DNA of 64,000 bases, taken from NCBI GenBank assembly GCA_001600815.1, contig BCKZ01000019.1, forward strand, positions 1 to 64,000, given 5' to 3'. This DNA is from Alloascoidea hylecoeti (taxonomy: Eukaryota). The notes beneath the pieces were generated by a model. It worked only from the letters and a program-made list of their open reading frames with translations, made no database searches and was not told where the DNA came from. This document shows, piece after piece, positions 47,540 through 60,362 of this stretch. The position numbers were made by a program, and so were the translations under genes. Each line of letters starts with the position of its first letter. The stretch's first letter is position 1.

Positions 47540-49750
47540 ATGATTCATTTAAACCATGACTCGATGAGAAAATTAAAGGCTAAAATAATAGCTAGAGATG
47601 ATGACGATGATGATGAAGATGATAATAGCTTTATCTCAACAGTGACTCATCCAAAAATGCACGTCACCAAAAGCGAAAGAAAGCGGCTTCCGTTTAAAAG
47701 GTTAAATATTGATAACGAAGATGAAAATGAAGAACTCAATATCAAAGTCAATTTCAAATTAAAATCTGGTATTAAAAACTTGAATATTGATGAAAATTTT
47801 AATAATGAAACCAATATCTCAATTGAAAATTCTACTAATAATGAAGTAGGGCCTCATACAGAACCAAAATATACATCTACATATTTAAACGAACTAAGAT
47901 CTAAAAACAAAATAGTACCATCTGAAGAAATAAACGAGGAGGAAACAGTGTTTACTTCTTCTAAACCTATCAAGGTCACCACAATTCCTGATCAGAGCGC
48001 TATTGAGGAAATTAAAAGGAAAAAGCAATTGCTACGAAATCTTAAAGAAAATGAATTGAACGAAGATATTATATATTTAGATGAGGAAGATGATGGTAGT
48101 AACAATAAAAGAGAGATACACAAAATTAGCGATGAAAATGATGATGACGATGATCTGATGGAAACAGGCTCAAAAAATATAGTAAATGCATATGATGATT
48201 TCGAACTCGAAGGTAAGTCATTCCATAGTCTCATTGCAAGATAAACAAAAAACGGTTCTAACTCATGGTTCTAGGAATGGTGTTTGACGATGGAGTGCTC
48301 CCATTGGATGAGAAAGCTCAGAGGGAACAAACTAAACAACAGAAGTTAGATATTGCAAATGCAATTTATGATGCGTAAGTACTCATTTATTTGTCCCAAG
48401 TTCCATTGATTATGACTAATTATAATCTAATTTTGTAGGCAAATTGGTTCTGACTCAGATATCAGTGACATATCAACCAAAAGGTGGGAATCTGAGCAAA
48501 TTCACAAAGCCAGCTATGGTTCCAAATTACTCAATTCAGAACTTGACAATAATATAAGGGTACCCACAGAATTTCCTGCTGCTCAAAAGATTCCATCACT
48601 TACTTTATCTATTGCTAAACTGAAATCGAAACTTGAGAATATGAAGGTTGAAAAAATACAGTTGTCTAATCAATTGAAAGGCATTTCTGATCAAAAGGAG
48701 AAAATTAATGAACGTGAAATACAGTTGAAAACTGCAATTGGGAACGCCAGTCTTAAATATAAAAATACTCTCAATGGGTTAATTTCAACTACAACGAATG
48801 TTGAAGATCACAAACCGTTAGAAATCTATAAAGATGATTTTGTTAGGGCAGTTCTATCGGATACCCCACTGTACCTTGGTGATACTATCGTTAGTCCAAT
48901 TTCCACAACGCCAATTTATACTTATTCACAGTCAGATTTTATCCAGTTATTTCAAAAGTTAAGGATGTTAAGTAGAGTTTTAAAGTCAACTCTTGAGGTT
49001 CGGAGAGTTGCCTTGATCACAACTTCATTACATGAAGTCAGATTGTATCCTCTATCAGGCTTGTCGGATGATTGGGAACCAATTATGTCATCAGAAAAGG
49101 TGTATAATGAAGTGTTTCCTGGATATATCACAACTGAAGATGCAAACCCTCAAGATCCATCCATACTTGAAGCCACTAAAAGAAAGATTATTAATGGTTA
49201 TGATCCTAACTTAACGTTATCATTGGATACGATTAACAAGACTTTCTTTGGTGATATTACAGATGATAACTTGTTTGCTAAATTAACCAGAGGAGAAATC
49301 CCCCAATATAGAATTTGGGAAAACGATACGCATTTGGCTTTTTTGACACCTTTTCCCAATACACCCGCAGCCACTGTTGTTATTCCCCGTCACCATACTA
49401 CCAGTGATATCTTATCACAATCTGAAGAAGATTATAAAGAACTTCTTATTGCGTCTTACTCTGTGATTCAAATATTAAAAAAATCTCTGGGATTGAAACG
49501 GATAGGAATAGCATTTGAAGGATTTGAAATTGATTATGCTCATGTTAAACTCTATCCTATTTGGGAAGATTTTAACAATTCGATTCCCGAAAATTGTGAA
49601 ACAGTAAGTTGGGAGGAGGTTTATCAAGGATTTATTACATCACAAAAGGGACCAATGGTTTCAGCAAAAACTCTTAATCCTCTTTATTCACAATTAGTTA
49701 AAGCTTTTCATGATTCGAAAGTCGACGATTATCATGAAGCATCAATATAA
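47540..49750 (+). CDS. Ntr2-like splicing factor region fused to tandem HIT-like domains; exons 47540-48212, 48275-48374, 48439-49750
   Basis: PKYTSTYLNELR, IPDQSAIEEIKRKK, DDGVLPLDEKAQREQ, RWESEQIHKA and a coiled coil (Ntr2/GCFC-like) run without a stop into NLFAKLTRGEIPQYRIWEND.HLAFLTPFPNTP..TVVIPRHH...EGFEIDYAHVKLYP. Confidence 0.8.
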
Positions 49751-52258
49751 TGAAATAAAGTCTGTGTTCATAGTCCGAAGGCTATTTAAGATGTTTGAAT
49801 GTTTTACTATTATCCAATCATTTGCAATTGATGTGAAAAGAGTCATAAAGAAGTAGGTTTTTCCCTATGATTATTGATATCAGAATTGAGTTCCTAGTTG
49901 CAGATATAAACTTTATGGTATTTCTTTGATCAATTTGATAAGTTAAAAAGTTTTAGACTATAAGACAAGCTTAAACTTATACGTGATTAATTAATATATA
50001 TTCTTATATACTATAGCTAGGCATGTATATTTTGAAAATCTATATCCTAACAGGTTGATTATACGAAACAAAAGAAAAATTGAGCCTCCTTTGTGAAATT
50101 ATACTCATACGTATACAAAATAATTTTGGTTGAAATGAAACACTTTCTTGAATTTTAAAAGAAAGCCTCCGGCTACATTTTCAATTGAAAATCATAGGTG
50201 AATATTCATATTTAAAATGTATATTAATTCATAATTGTATATCATTATATCTATAGGCCTATATCATTGTAATATAATATTAATTATAAAACCCACAAGC
50301 TTAAGTGAAACATTCTTCGTGGCGGGATTTTAATGGGTGGTACATGTATGTTCATTTCTGAGGTACGACATTAAATTAAATATACGCCTCCTGCAAGAAC
50401 ATATGCATAATAATCATTTATATTGATGGATCTAGAGTGATTATAATAATATTCAAAATCAAAGATACCATAATAATATTAATCCTCACCGTAACTGTTA
50501 AGATATTGATCTAGTACTATAGCTATAGCTGGTCTCTTATATAAGATATACGTAATAAATGAAAAAATAATAAGCTTGATTAACATGTATAATTTACTTA
50601 TATTTAATCTATGATTTCCATATGACCCTAGATATCGATCAATTAATCGGTTTTCAGTTCATCTTGTGAAGTCATAATTAGACTACAGCTGATATTTACA
50701 AGAAGCATTGTTTTTGTTAACTATCATAGTACATAAAATATATATTTTAACTCAAACAATTAAAAGAAGTAAAAACAAGATATAAAATTTTAAGAAGTTT
50801 TAATATTATTAGTATCTTTATACTTATATATATATATATATAAATTTTCAACCCCCAAAACAGCTATATATTATTTGAAAAAGTGTTTAGTATGGTTTAC
50901 CATGGTTGCTGTTGATGTTGCTGTACTACTGTTACGGATGTTTTCTCAAACAAATGAATCTGAACATTTTCAATGAAAATACTCATTGATTTATTGATGC
51001 TATATTATAATTATACATATACGTTGGTAATATAATAGGGAAAAAAACGGTAAAACTCTATAAGAAGGTCGTAATTATGTCTGAAGCGTTTAATATTATA
51101 TAATTATTAACAATACTTTTACAATGCATATGCATACTATAACCAACAATTGTAGATGGGTATGCATATGCATAGAAGAGGCATAGTTGAAGAATTTATA
51201 TGGTAATATAATTATAAGGAGACTCTATATCCTACATTTAAGTATTTTATAAAGATAAATTTTAAGAGATTACTGATCAGAATCGAAAATGTTTACGCTT
51301 TAGAGTTTTATATATTAATGCCTTCTTGAAGTTTGAAATTGTCGTCGTCTAAAGCTTTATATAGTTCCAGAAGGAAGATAAAACAATTTAAATATCAAAT
51401 TCGAAGGTCTTAAACTAAAACAAATTTAAGTTTAAGCCACTAATACTAGATAACACGAAGTTTCCAATATTATAAGTAACTAATATTAAATATGTTACTA
51501 CGTTATAACAATGTAAACAAGAGCCGTAGAAGATTATTATTCTCAAGTGCAAATATTGCAATATATTTATTCCAAGCCTTCATCTTGATTAATATTGATA
51601 TTATTGTTATGCATATACAATCACATGTTCTACTTTTTTTGCCTTATACGTATAATCTAATATTTTCTATCCTTGAAGCTTCTGAAAGATATTTAGCACT
51701 TCTAGTGGATAGGACTTATAAGTTATAATCAATATTCAAATTTTATATACTATATGCATATGTATAAACCCATTTACTATTTACGGTTTTTTTATTCTTT
51801 GAGAGCTATGCACATATTAAGATCGAATGATACCAAGATATCATCCCAAACTACTGTTCCCCATCCGACTCTTCACCCTTCACAATCGATATCGTCACCA
51901 TATTTTTAGATAAATATTTGTATACTATTATAATTAGTTATATATATACATTTAAGTTTTAGCTAATTAAATCAGGATCCATAACACCTGCACTGCAGTA
52001 GTAAAAGTACAGGCAATTGAAATAGGCGACGTTAAATTTGATACAGATATACATGTATAATATTTACCTATAGCTTAACAATTAATTTTACTATGTCTAA
52101 TTGTAAGAGAAATTGGAGAAAGATATTAGTGCGTGTTATTTGTTATATACACGTATTATAATACATAAGTTTTTGTTCAAGCCCAACCTTTAGAACTTTC
52201 GGCTTTCAACCACCTCATGTTATCAAGGTACTTTCACTTCCACAATAAATTTTTGAAG

Positions 52259-52265
52259 TATATAA
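52259..52265 (+). promoter_or_regulatory. Probable TATA box of the GH45 gene
   Basis: TATATAA about 85 bp upstream of ATG 52348. Confidence 0.4.
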
Positions 52266-52347
52266 GAACGAATTCCCCCTTAGTTTGCTGTTAATTTATT
52301 CTATCATCAATTGCAGTTGGATTATTATTGGTTCTGCTTTCCCTATA

Positions 52348-53598
52348 ATGGCTTATTCGAGATCGTACCTGATTCTTCTTGGTGCTTTAGTGAGTGGTTC
52401 ACTTGCTGACTCCTGTGCCGACCTTTACTATCAATGTGGTGGTAATTCGTGGACTGGAGCAACCTGTTGTGCTACTGGTACTTGTAAGAGTCAAAATGAT
52501 TTCTATTACCAATGTGTTCAAACAGATGACGACGCTGCTAGTACAGCAGTAGCTGCTGCTACTACCACTGCTGCTGGTTTCGCCACTACAACTACTGCTG
52601 AAGTTTCTGCCACTCAAGCCGAAACTAGTGTTGCTAGTACTCAGAGTTCCAACACTTTCACTGTTCAATATGTTTCTTCAAATGAAGAAACTGCTTCCTT
52701 TGCTGCCGCTAGTACTGCTGCTGCTTCCACGGAGGAAGCACAATCCATTGTGGTTGAAGAAACAACATATGCACCTGCAGCTACCACTGCTATTTCATCT
52801 GTAGCTTCATCATCTGAAGTTGCATCATCCAATCTAGTCGTTGGTTCTTCCGCTGTCAATGCCGCTGTTGATGTTTCAGAAACTACTTCATCAACCGCTG
52901 CTTCAACCGCTGCCTCATCATCTTCTTCATCTTCATCTTCATCTTCAATTGAAGTTATATCTGGTGGAACGTCTGGTACTGGTAGCACTACTAGGTACTG
53001 GGATTGTTGTAAACCATCCTGCTCTTGGTCCGGTAAAGCTGATGTTTCTTCACCAGTTGCTGCTTGTGCTGCTGATGGTGTTACAACTTTGGGGGTTGAT
53101 ATTCAAAGTGGATGTACGGGAGGTACTGCTTATATGTGCTCGGATCAACAACCGTTTAAAGTTAGCGATGATTTGGCCTATGGTTTTGCTGCAGTTTCAT
53201 TGAGCGGAGGTAGTGATGATTCTATGTGTTGCTCTTGCTATCAATTAACTTTCACAGATACTACTCTTGCAGGAAAGAAAATGGTTGTTCAAGCTACAAA
53301 TACTGGTAGTGACTTAAGTTCTAATCAATTTGATATTGCTATGCCAGGTGGTGGTCAAGGTATTTACTCTGGTTGTACATCCCAATGGAGCAGTTATAGT
53401 AGTTCTATTTGGGGAGAACAGTACGGTGGTGTTAGTTCCGCTAGTGCATGTGATGCTTTACCCACTCAAATCCAATCAGGCTGCGATTGGAGATTTGATT
53501 GGTTTGAGGGTGATGATAATCCAAGTGTTACATTTGAGCAAGTTGTTTGCCCAACTGAATTAACTGATATTACTGGTTGTATTAGAGATGATCAGTAA
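52348..53598 (+). CDS. Secreted endo-beta-1,4-glucanase: signal peptide, CBM1, Ser/Thr/Ala linker, GH45
   Basis: CBM1 [30 protein letters not shown]45 [14 protein letters not shown] and [17 protein letters not shown] with both catalytic Asp intact. Confidence 0.96.
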   Translation: MAYSRSYLILLGALVSGSLADSCADLYYQCGGNSWTGATCCATGTCKSQNDFYYQCVQTDDDAASTAVAAATTTAAGFATTTTAEVSATQAETSVASTQSSNTFTVQYVSSNEETASFAAASTAAASTEEAQSIVVEETTYAPAATTAISSVASSSEVASSNLVVGSSAVNAAVDVSETTSSTAASTAASSSSSSSSSSSIEVISGGTSGTGSTTRYWDCCKPSCSWSGKADVSSPVAACAADGVTTLGVDIQSGCTGGTAYMCSDQQPFKVSDDLAYGFAAVSLSGGSDDSMCCSCYQLTFTDTTLAGKKMVVQATNTGSDLSSNQFDIAMPGGGQGIYSGCTSQWSSYSSSIWGEQYGGVSSASACDALPTQIQSGCDWRFDWFEGDDNPSVTFEQVVCPTELTDITGCIRDDQ

Positions 53599-53840
53599 AT
53601 TAATGTTTAGTCTCATGACGATTAACGTTTTTTGCAGTTGATATTAAGGGTTAAAGAAGAGAAATATTAACCTGCTTTGCTGCCTAAAAATTTATGATTA
53701 AGGATTTATATAAGTGTTATATATGCATCATATAAAAGTTATAAAAAACATTTTTATTTTTTATTAAAATTTATTTATATGCTTATTCTTTACGATCTAT
53801 TCTTCATTATATGATTATATGTAATTAAGTAAAGTAAATA

Positions 53841-54072
53841 CGGTAGTGAAGTACCTATTGTGCAAATCACCTACATTTATGCTGGGTAATGCCTCATTTT
53901 ACGCCGATTGGTTTTTGACCCCGATAACCGATACCCGGCATCCTGATATGATACGCTAGTTACATAATCGGTGGCCGGTACTTTCCGCTCCATCATGTGG
54001 CCGTGATCCGAAATACCGTTCCAAAATTTACCTTATTTAAGAGGTGATTGCACAACAGGTACTTCACTACGG
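53841..54072. mobile_element. MITE, Tc1/mariner-pogo type, 232 bp
   Basis: Left TIR CGGTAGTGAAGTACCTATTGTGCAAATCACCT versus reverse complement of right end CCGTAGTGAAGTACCTGTTGTGCAATCACCT; TA on both flanks (53839-40, 54073-74); no ORF. Confidence 0.88.
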
Positions 54073-55279
54073 TATGAGTCTTGTTTGTTACATATTAACT
54101 GTTTTGAATCTATGAAAATTATTATTTAATAAGTAAAAATTATTACGTTTGTCATGATTCTAATATTCCTGATCGAGAGTTGTAGTGTATATTAATATTA
54201 TAGATCAAAGTTTCCAAATAATTGATCAGTGGAAATAATGTAATTAGGCTCAAGCTTATGATTAAATTTACGCATGTAAGGTTTACTATGGATAATGGAG
54301 TGAATATGAGCTTTTACCAACACTCTTTTAACCAAACATCAAAAAGAAGTTAAGAAAGATTCCATAATATAATGTTTAGTTAGTTTGAAAAAATATGTTT
54401 CGATATCAAATATTAATTTATTTACTAATTTTTATTAGCCAAAATCAACTGTATTGATGTTTAGTTAAATCAAATGATCTTAAGATAACTTATACATATA
54501 ATACTTTCCTTATTTTAACAAATCTCTAAGTTACATTATTTTTAGCTATAAAAATTCGGTCTTATAAAGTGAATAGTGATAATTAGTAGGAAACGAATTA
54601 TGCAGCGAATCAATTCTAATATTGTACTACTTGTGAAGTGTAACTTCCATTGGTATGAGATGTGACCAGTCATATATGGCGTTTTGCTTGTGTATTTTTA
54701 CACTACTTATAAAAATAATGGTATATCATGTGGTTATTTAAGTTTGAAAAGTGGAAATATCCGAGATCGAATATCAAATTCCTAATTATATGTTCACAAT
54801 TTCATACAAAATGTAGGTAAACTCAATATTCACTTTTAGGAACTAAATCGCGGTGTATATTAATATTGAATTAATGGTATAGAATATTACTCAGATTAGT
54901 TATAATTCCTGCATCTATATGCAGCCGATTGAGTCTCGACATAAGCTCCTCTGCTATTTAACCTTTGTGTTCGTTAATTCTGTTTCTTTCTTACACACAA
55001 GTTCAGTTCATAGTTGATTTGCTGCTACCATTAATAATGATTTAGGATGCCAAAAGGCACTTCAGCTATTGCTAATTATTTTATTAACCCAGGACTTCCA
55101 ATCACATCTTATTCGTTTATAACTCACTTATATTTTACTCTTTACTCCTATACACATTGTATACAGATTTCAAAACTCTCAATATATACCAGATTAATGT
55201 AGACATATATTTATCTAATATATTGAACTTCTAAATTTCCTTAATCAATCAAATTTGATTTTCTTATTCAAATAACTTT

Positions 55280-55460
55280 AAGGTGAAGATCAGAGAGTAT
55301 GGGCTTGTTCGTATTCTTTTTCCCATTCCTTAGAGCCCTTGAGCTTTTGATTTAAGGCGCTCTTTATGGTTTGGTGGCTGTAAAAGGAGGACGGACGTTT
55401 GTGTTACAACTTTTTTAGCATGGGGTGGAACGGACAAATTTAGAGGCTTCATCAATTCTC
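55280..55460 (-). mobile_element. Possible Tc1-like transposase relic (linker before the first catalytic Asp)
   Basis: Across frameshifts: RPPFTA/NHKERLK../KEWEK../ILSD, resembling KKPxLTxxHKxxRLxWA...W..VIFSDE. Confidence 0.35.
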
Positions 55461-57289
55461 ATTTTTCACTACGGCGCTTGTATTAAGAAGACATTAGACG
55501 ATTATATGATGCTAAATGCATAATATGATCTCATGTCACCTTCCAGCTAATTATCGTATGCTTGAATTTAAGATTGAAGTTGGTGTTTGAACTCAGTAAG
55601 CAAATGATCAATCGCAGAAGAACGCTCGCACCACAATATTTACGAAAATAAATATCGAATATATATTATCAGAATTATGAAGTTAATTAGGTTTTAGTAA
55701 TACTGTTTTTAATAATTTATATTTGTTGCTGGCTTTGAAATTCGTGGTTGAAATGCAACAATATTGGTAGGCTTTTTGGTTGCGTTAGCGCTTACTGACG
55801 TTCAAAATTTATGATTCAGAGAGTACACCAAAGAGAAAAAAAACATATACCATAGAAGGACTTCTCGAATTTCATTAAGCGAGATTTTAGGTAATTGGTG
55901 TCCTGAAAAGCATTTGCAACCACCTAAGCAGTGAACTATGTAATCTAAATAAACATGCATATGGCTTCTCAATTGCCGAAATAGGCTGTTTATTATCAAT
56001 ACTTCAACTGTGCAGTTAATAGTAAGGAAGTATTCCAATAACTCTCCCCTGCTATAACAGTTCCTCGAGCATAAGGGTCCACAAAACTTGCTGACGAATC
56101 AATTCTGAAAGCGGTAGCTTCTTCCTTGAATAAGTTTGATGAACTGACTTAAAAATTTCAACATTAATATATCAAAGACCACCTAAGAACTCCTCTGAAA
56201 AATCTTGAAAATAGACTATTTTCGCCACGTAAGAAGGCTTTTTTGAGAGAAAATAATCAAAGGAGCTGAAGGACGTTCTGGATAGTGTTGTACTCAACAA
56301 GTTCATCACAAGGTAGGCATTTTGATTATGAGCCCTCCATTTGATGTAGAAGTGAATAAAGATATATTATTTGAGTCTTTCAAACTACGTGGATCTCATG
56401 GATCAGGATCATTGATAATCTGATTGACTACAAGCCTCGTAGAATAGTGTCAATTTTTGACGGTAATTATAAGGGTATCAACACTGAATAATAAATTTAT
56501 GTCATTTTATAAGATAGTCTAATAGAATTTCTAGAATTCACGGATTATTCAGCATTTTAAGAACAATTTAAGACCTTATAGAGTGGCTAATATTGTTTTA
56601 TTTTTGCGGTGATGTCCGAAAAAAAGGGTAAACTTAAATTTGGTGCCGTGGTTTTAGATTAGATATATAAGATCATCTTTCCTCTAACAAATGTGTAGAT
56701 GTGTGCATAGTATAACTTATTCTTTTAGTAGTATCATGGCCTACAGCTAAATTTCATCATTTTGATTTTTAACTTGGGTTTGTTTCAATTGTGAAACTAC
56801 TTAGACATTATAGCTGTATTTATAATTGAAAATGATAATGGTTCTTTCTTAGTTAAAGCTGATGGAAGTTCATATGTACCAGTAATATATGCTGTAATGA
56901 ACTCTCCACAGCTAGAGATTGATATATTGTGAAAAAGCTCCAACATCCAAATATTACTTAGATATTGATTCCATTACAGATTACACAGAATTTTATTAAA
57001 ATAAGCAAATACTTTTCAGAGAAGAAGGCAAACGTTCCGATCTCCTATTTCTAATCATGTCATTTATAGTATACTAGAAAGAATAATCGAGGTCCAACCT
57101 GTCATTCAAAAGTTCATTCATCATCTTCAACATTTATTCGAGATTCAACGTTAGAAAAGAGTGTATTTGGCTCTATTATCTCTAAAGACATTCTAATGTA
57201 TTTCTGAAGTTGGTCTATCTTCTTTTTTTTCTTTGCTTCCCCGTAGGTTTATAAAGCTGGTTCATTTTTACGGGTGATGATCCCTTTTT

Positions 57290-57700
57290 ACACATCAATT
57301 GAGTTCGAATTCAGAACTTACTATAATTATATGCAGGTCACTCCATCACCTTAATTCCATCCTCTTCAATCCATGACATGAAAATACCAGCTTAATGAAT
57401 AGGAGTGTTATCTCGCATGAATATTAACCTGTCTTTGAAAATTTTGCCAAAAGTTTCGACTAGGTGAGGCACTTTTGAGAGTTGTAGATTTGGGAACCGT
57501 TGCATTGCGATATTTGATAACGGCAGCAAGCCGGTTAGCAAGCACCCAATTTGCCGAGTGCCAAAAGGAGCTAAGTGTATTTATTGGTTTTATCTCATGG
57601 GGTTAAGACCTCAGAATAGAGGGGCTTTAACCTTTTACTTGCTCATCACGAATCTTTCCACAGTTTTTATGATTAAAGTTAAGCTTCCATAATTGAGTTC
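57290..57700 (-). mobile_element. Tc1/mariner transposase relic (DDE core)
   Basis: Minus-strand frame reads RLIFMRDNTPIH*AGIFMSWIEEDGIKVME*PAY (~57328-57430), matching FMQDNAPIH.A....W....I.VMEWPAYSPDLNPIE; upstream extent approximate. Confidence 0.8.
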
Positions 57701-59894
57701 AAACGTATTTTAGAGTTATAACTTTTTTGAAGAAAGAGAAGGATGTTGAAGTTCCATAATATTTTGCTACTAGCTTTATATCTTGATGATCATGATTATA
57801 GGTATTTGGTTTATATCTATTATCTCAATCTTAAGGCTTGTTTGGTGCTACTATGCATATGTAATTCTTTTTATCCAAATATTTAAATTTAAAGTAATTC
57901 CTTTCAAAGAGATTTTTTATCTAAGTTCTGTGTTATGCTGGATGTAATACCACAGTCGAATATCTATTTACAGTAATTTAATCTTCAATATTGCCATTTA
58001 TGAGATCATCTAAAGTTTTTTCATCTGATAATACCTACTTCTGAATCAAGTAAAATTTGCTTTTAATTTCCTCCATGTTTTATGAAAGATTAAATATCTT
58101 CAGGATCTTTTCTAGTGAATATGATCTTGAGAAAATGCCATACGCTGAAGGTAGACAAGGTAGTATAGAAGAGAGTTGGACTGCTTTTATCGATGATGCC
58201 GTTGATCGAAATAACCAAGCTAGAATGATTCGAAGATCAACTAGATTTGGATATAAATGAAACATTTCTAATTTTGATAAAGGAACCACACAAGAACAAA
58301 GTTGAAGGAGTATGACATCAGATTTCCTACAAGGGAAAAAGCTTTTGAATTTGAAACCCACTATATCAATATCTTTTTCTTGATTGATTTATATAAAGTT
58401 ATATATACGCTTAATTATTATTAATTATGATGGAGTATCAGAGTTAGATATCAAACTAACGTGGACATCAAAAGTTGGAAACGTTAACTAAGCGATTTTG
58501 TATTTCAATAGATAAAATTAGACTTCATAAAGAGTAGCACTATAGACATTCCTGCAAAGCATAAAATTACAACACCGAGATTACTATAGCATTTTTATTT
58601 CCCAATTTGATTTCATCTTATTGTGCAGTTTACAAGACGGAAGATATATCAAAAGATTAAATGAGACTATACAATCCATGCAAATATTAATAAATTAGTG
58701 GAGTTAAAAGAACAAGGCCAATATAATATGTGTTATATTTAAGAGGAAACATGGTAATATTCAAGAATTTTATTAATAATTATAAATAGGATGATCAGGC
58801 AAAATTTGAAATCAAACATAATATAATACTCTATAAACTTATACCATTATAATTATGAACGCCATTCAAATTCAAATCATTAACGTTATAATATTTAAAT
58901 TTATCATATGCATATGTGCATATACATATAACATCAAACCACTTCGAGCTTGATTCTTCTTGTGTATCTGATTGATCTAGGAAAAGTGTTTTTTAATTCT
59001 TAGATCACCTAACTCCTGAAAAGTTTACCGTATCTATTATAGTTAGGATTAAAATAAGATTAAATGAGGTCAATAAGTGTGTATTCCTCATTTTAGATGC
59101 TGAAGGACTTCTGTCGTCCTTGTATGGGTTTCTCAGGAATATTCATAGCGTTTACCGGAATAAATTTCAATTTAAGATAGTTAAAATCAAAGATTACATT
59201 GATTAGTTTTAAATAGAGATATTTACTAACGATTAAATAGTATATTTTATCATGGTAGCTAGGCAATTGTTAACGTTATATTTAGAATCTACAGTGAGTC
59301 AATTGCATCCGCGTTGACAGTTGTGATTGTGTTTCACCCCAATTCCTATGTAACATGCAGGATGTAAGGCTTACGAATATTTCATTAAAAACTTTATTCG
59401 ATACACCAAAGCTCAATGATTTATAAAATGTCTACCGGTAGTTATGAATAGCAGCGCGTTGCCATAAACCAATAAAGATGTTATACAAACAATTTTAAAC
59501 TTGTCTATATGATAAATAGGATGTTATATAAAAACACTAGCTAGCGGGATCAAATATCTATTTATGCATATGACAACATAACAATAAATACGTAACTAAT
59601 GGAGATAATAATAGCGATAGTTTCAGTAAATAAAATCCATCAATGATCAAATTTATAAGATAATATAACAAAGCATATCAATTATAATCAATGTAGAGTA
59701 TGCATGAGGTAAATAAATTTAACAATATTTTAAAAAAAAGAAAAAAAATAGAAGTAAGCTTAATTTTTAAACTTAATTCATTTTTAAGTTCTTGCATTAA
59801 TTTATAATTGAAGATCTTCAGGAGGAGGATATATCTTTATAACTTTCAATCAGCCCTAAATATAAAATAACAAGAAAAAAACATTTAATCGAAA

Positions 59895-60010
59895 GATAAA
59901 TAGATTAATAAATAAATAAATAAATAAGTAAATGAATAAATAAATAGATAAATAGATAAATAGATAAATAGATAAATAAATAAGTAAATAAATAGGCAAA
60001 TAGATAGACA
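59895..60010. repeat. (TAAA)n/(ATAAATAG)n microsatellite
   Basis: Visible tandem 4-mer/8-mer repeat downstream of the Myb gene. Confidence 0.9.
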
Positions 60011-60362
60011 AAACAAAAATAAACAATATGGAAAAATAGCAGACATCATTCACAAACTCAAATTCTTTTTTAACGATATATACACAGAATTAAACATCGA
60101 CGATCTAACAGCAACAACAAATAACAATAGCTAAATAGTATTAGCAATAATTAATAACAATAATTTCATCATAATCATTAACAATTTAGAAAAAAATAAA
60201 TGGTTTCTCTTCTTTTTCTTTTCTCTTTTAATCATTGCTTTTAAGATCGATTCCCTCTTCCTTTCTTTTGAGGTGAGATACATTAAGATCTTTAGTGTCA
60301 GTTCTTTAGTTTGTAATCGTTTTGAAAACCCTATAATCAATAATCATAATCATTTTATCTCA

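Noticed and set aside
59856..60053. 65-aa hydrophobic ORF (IYLFIYLS repeats)
   Set aside because: Translation of a microsatellite.
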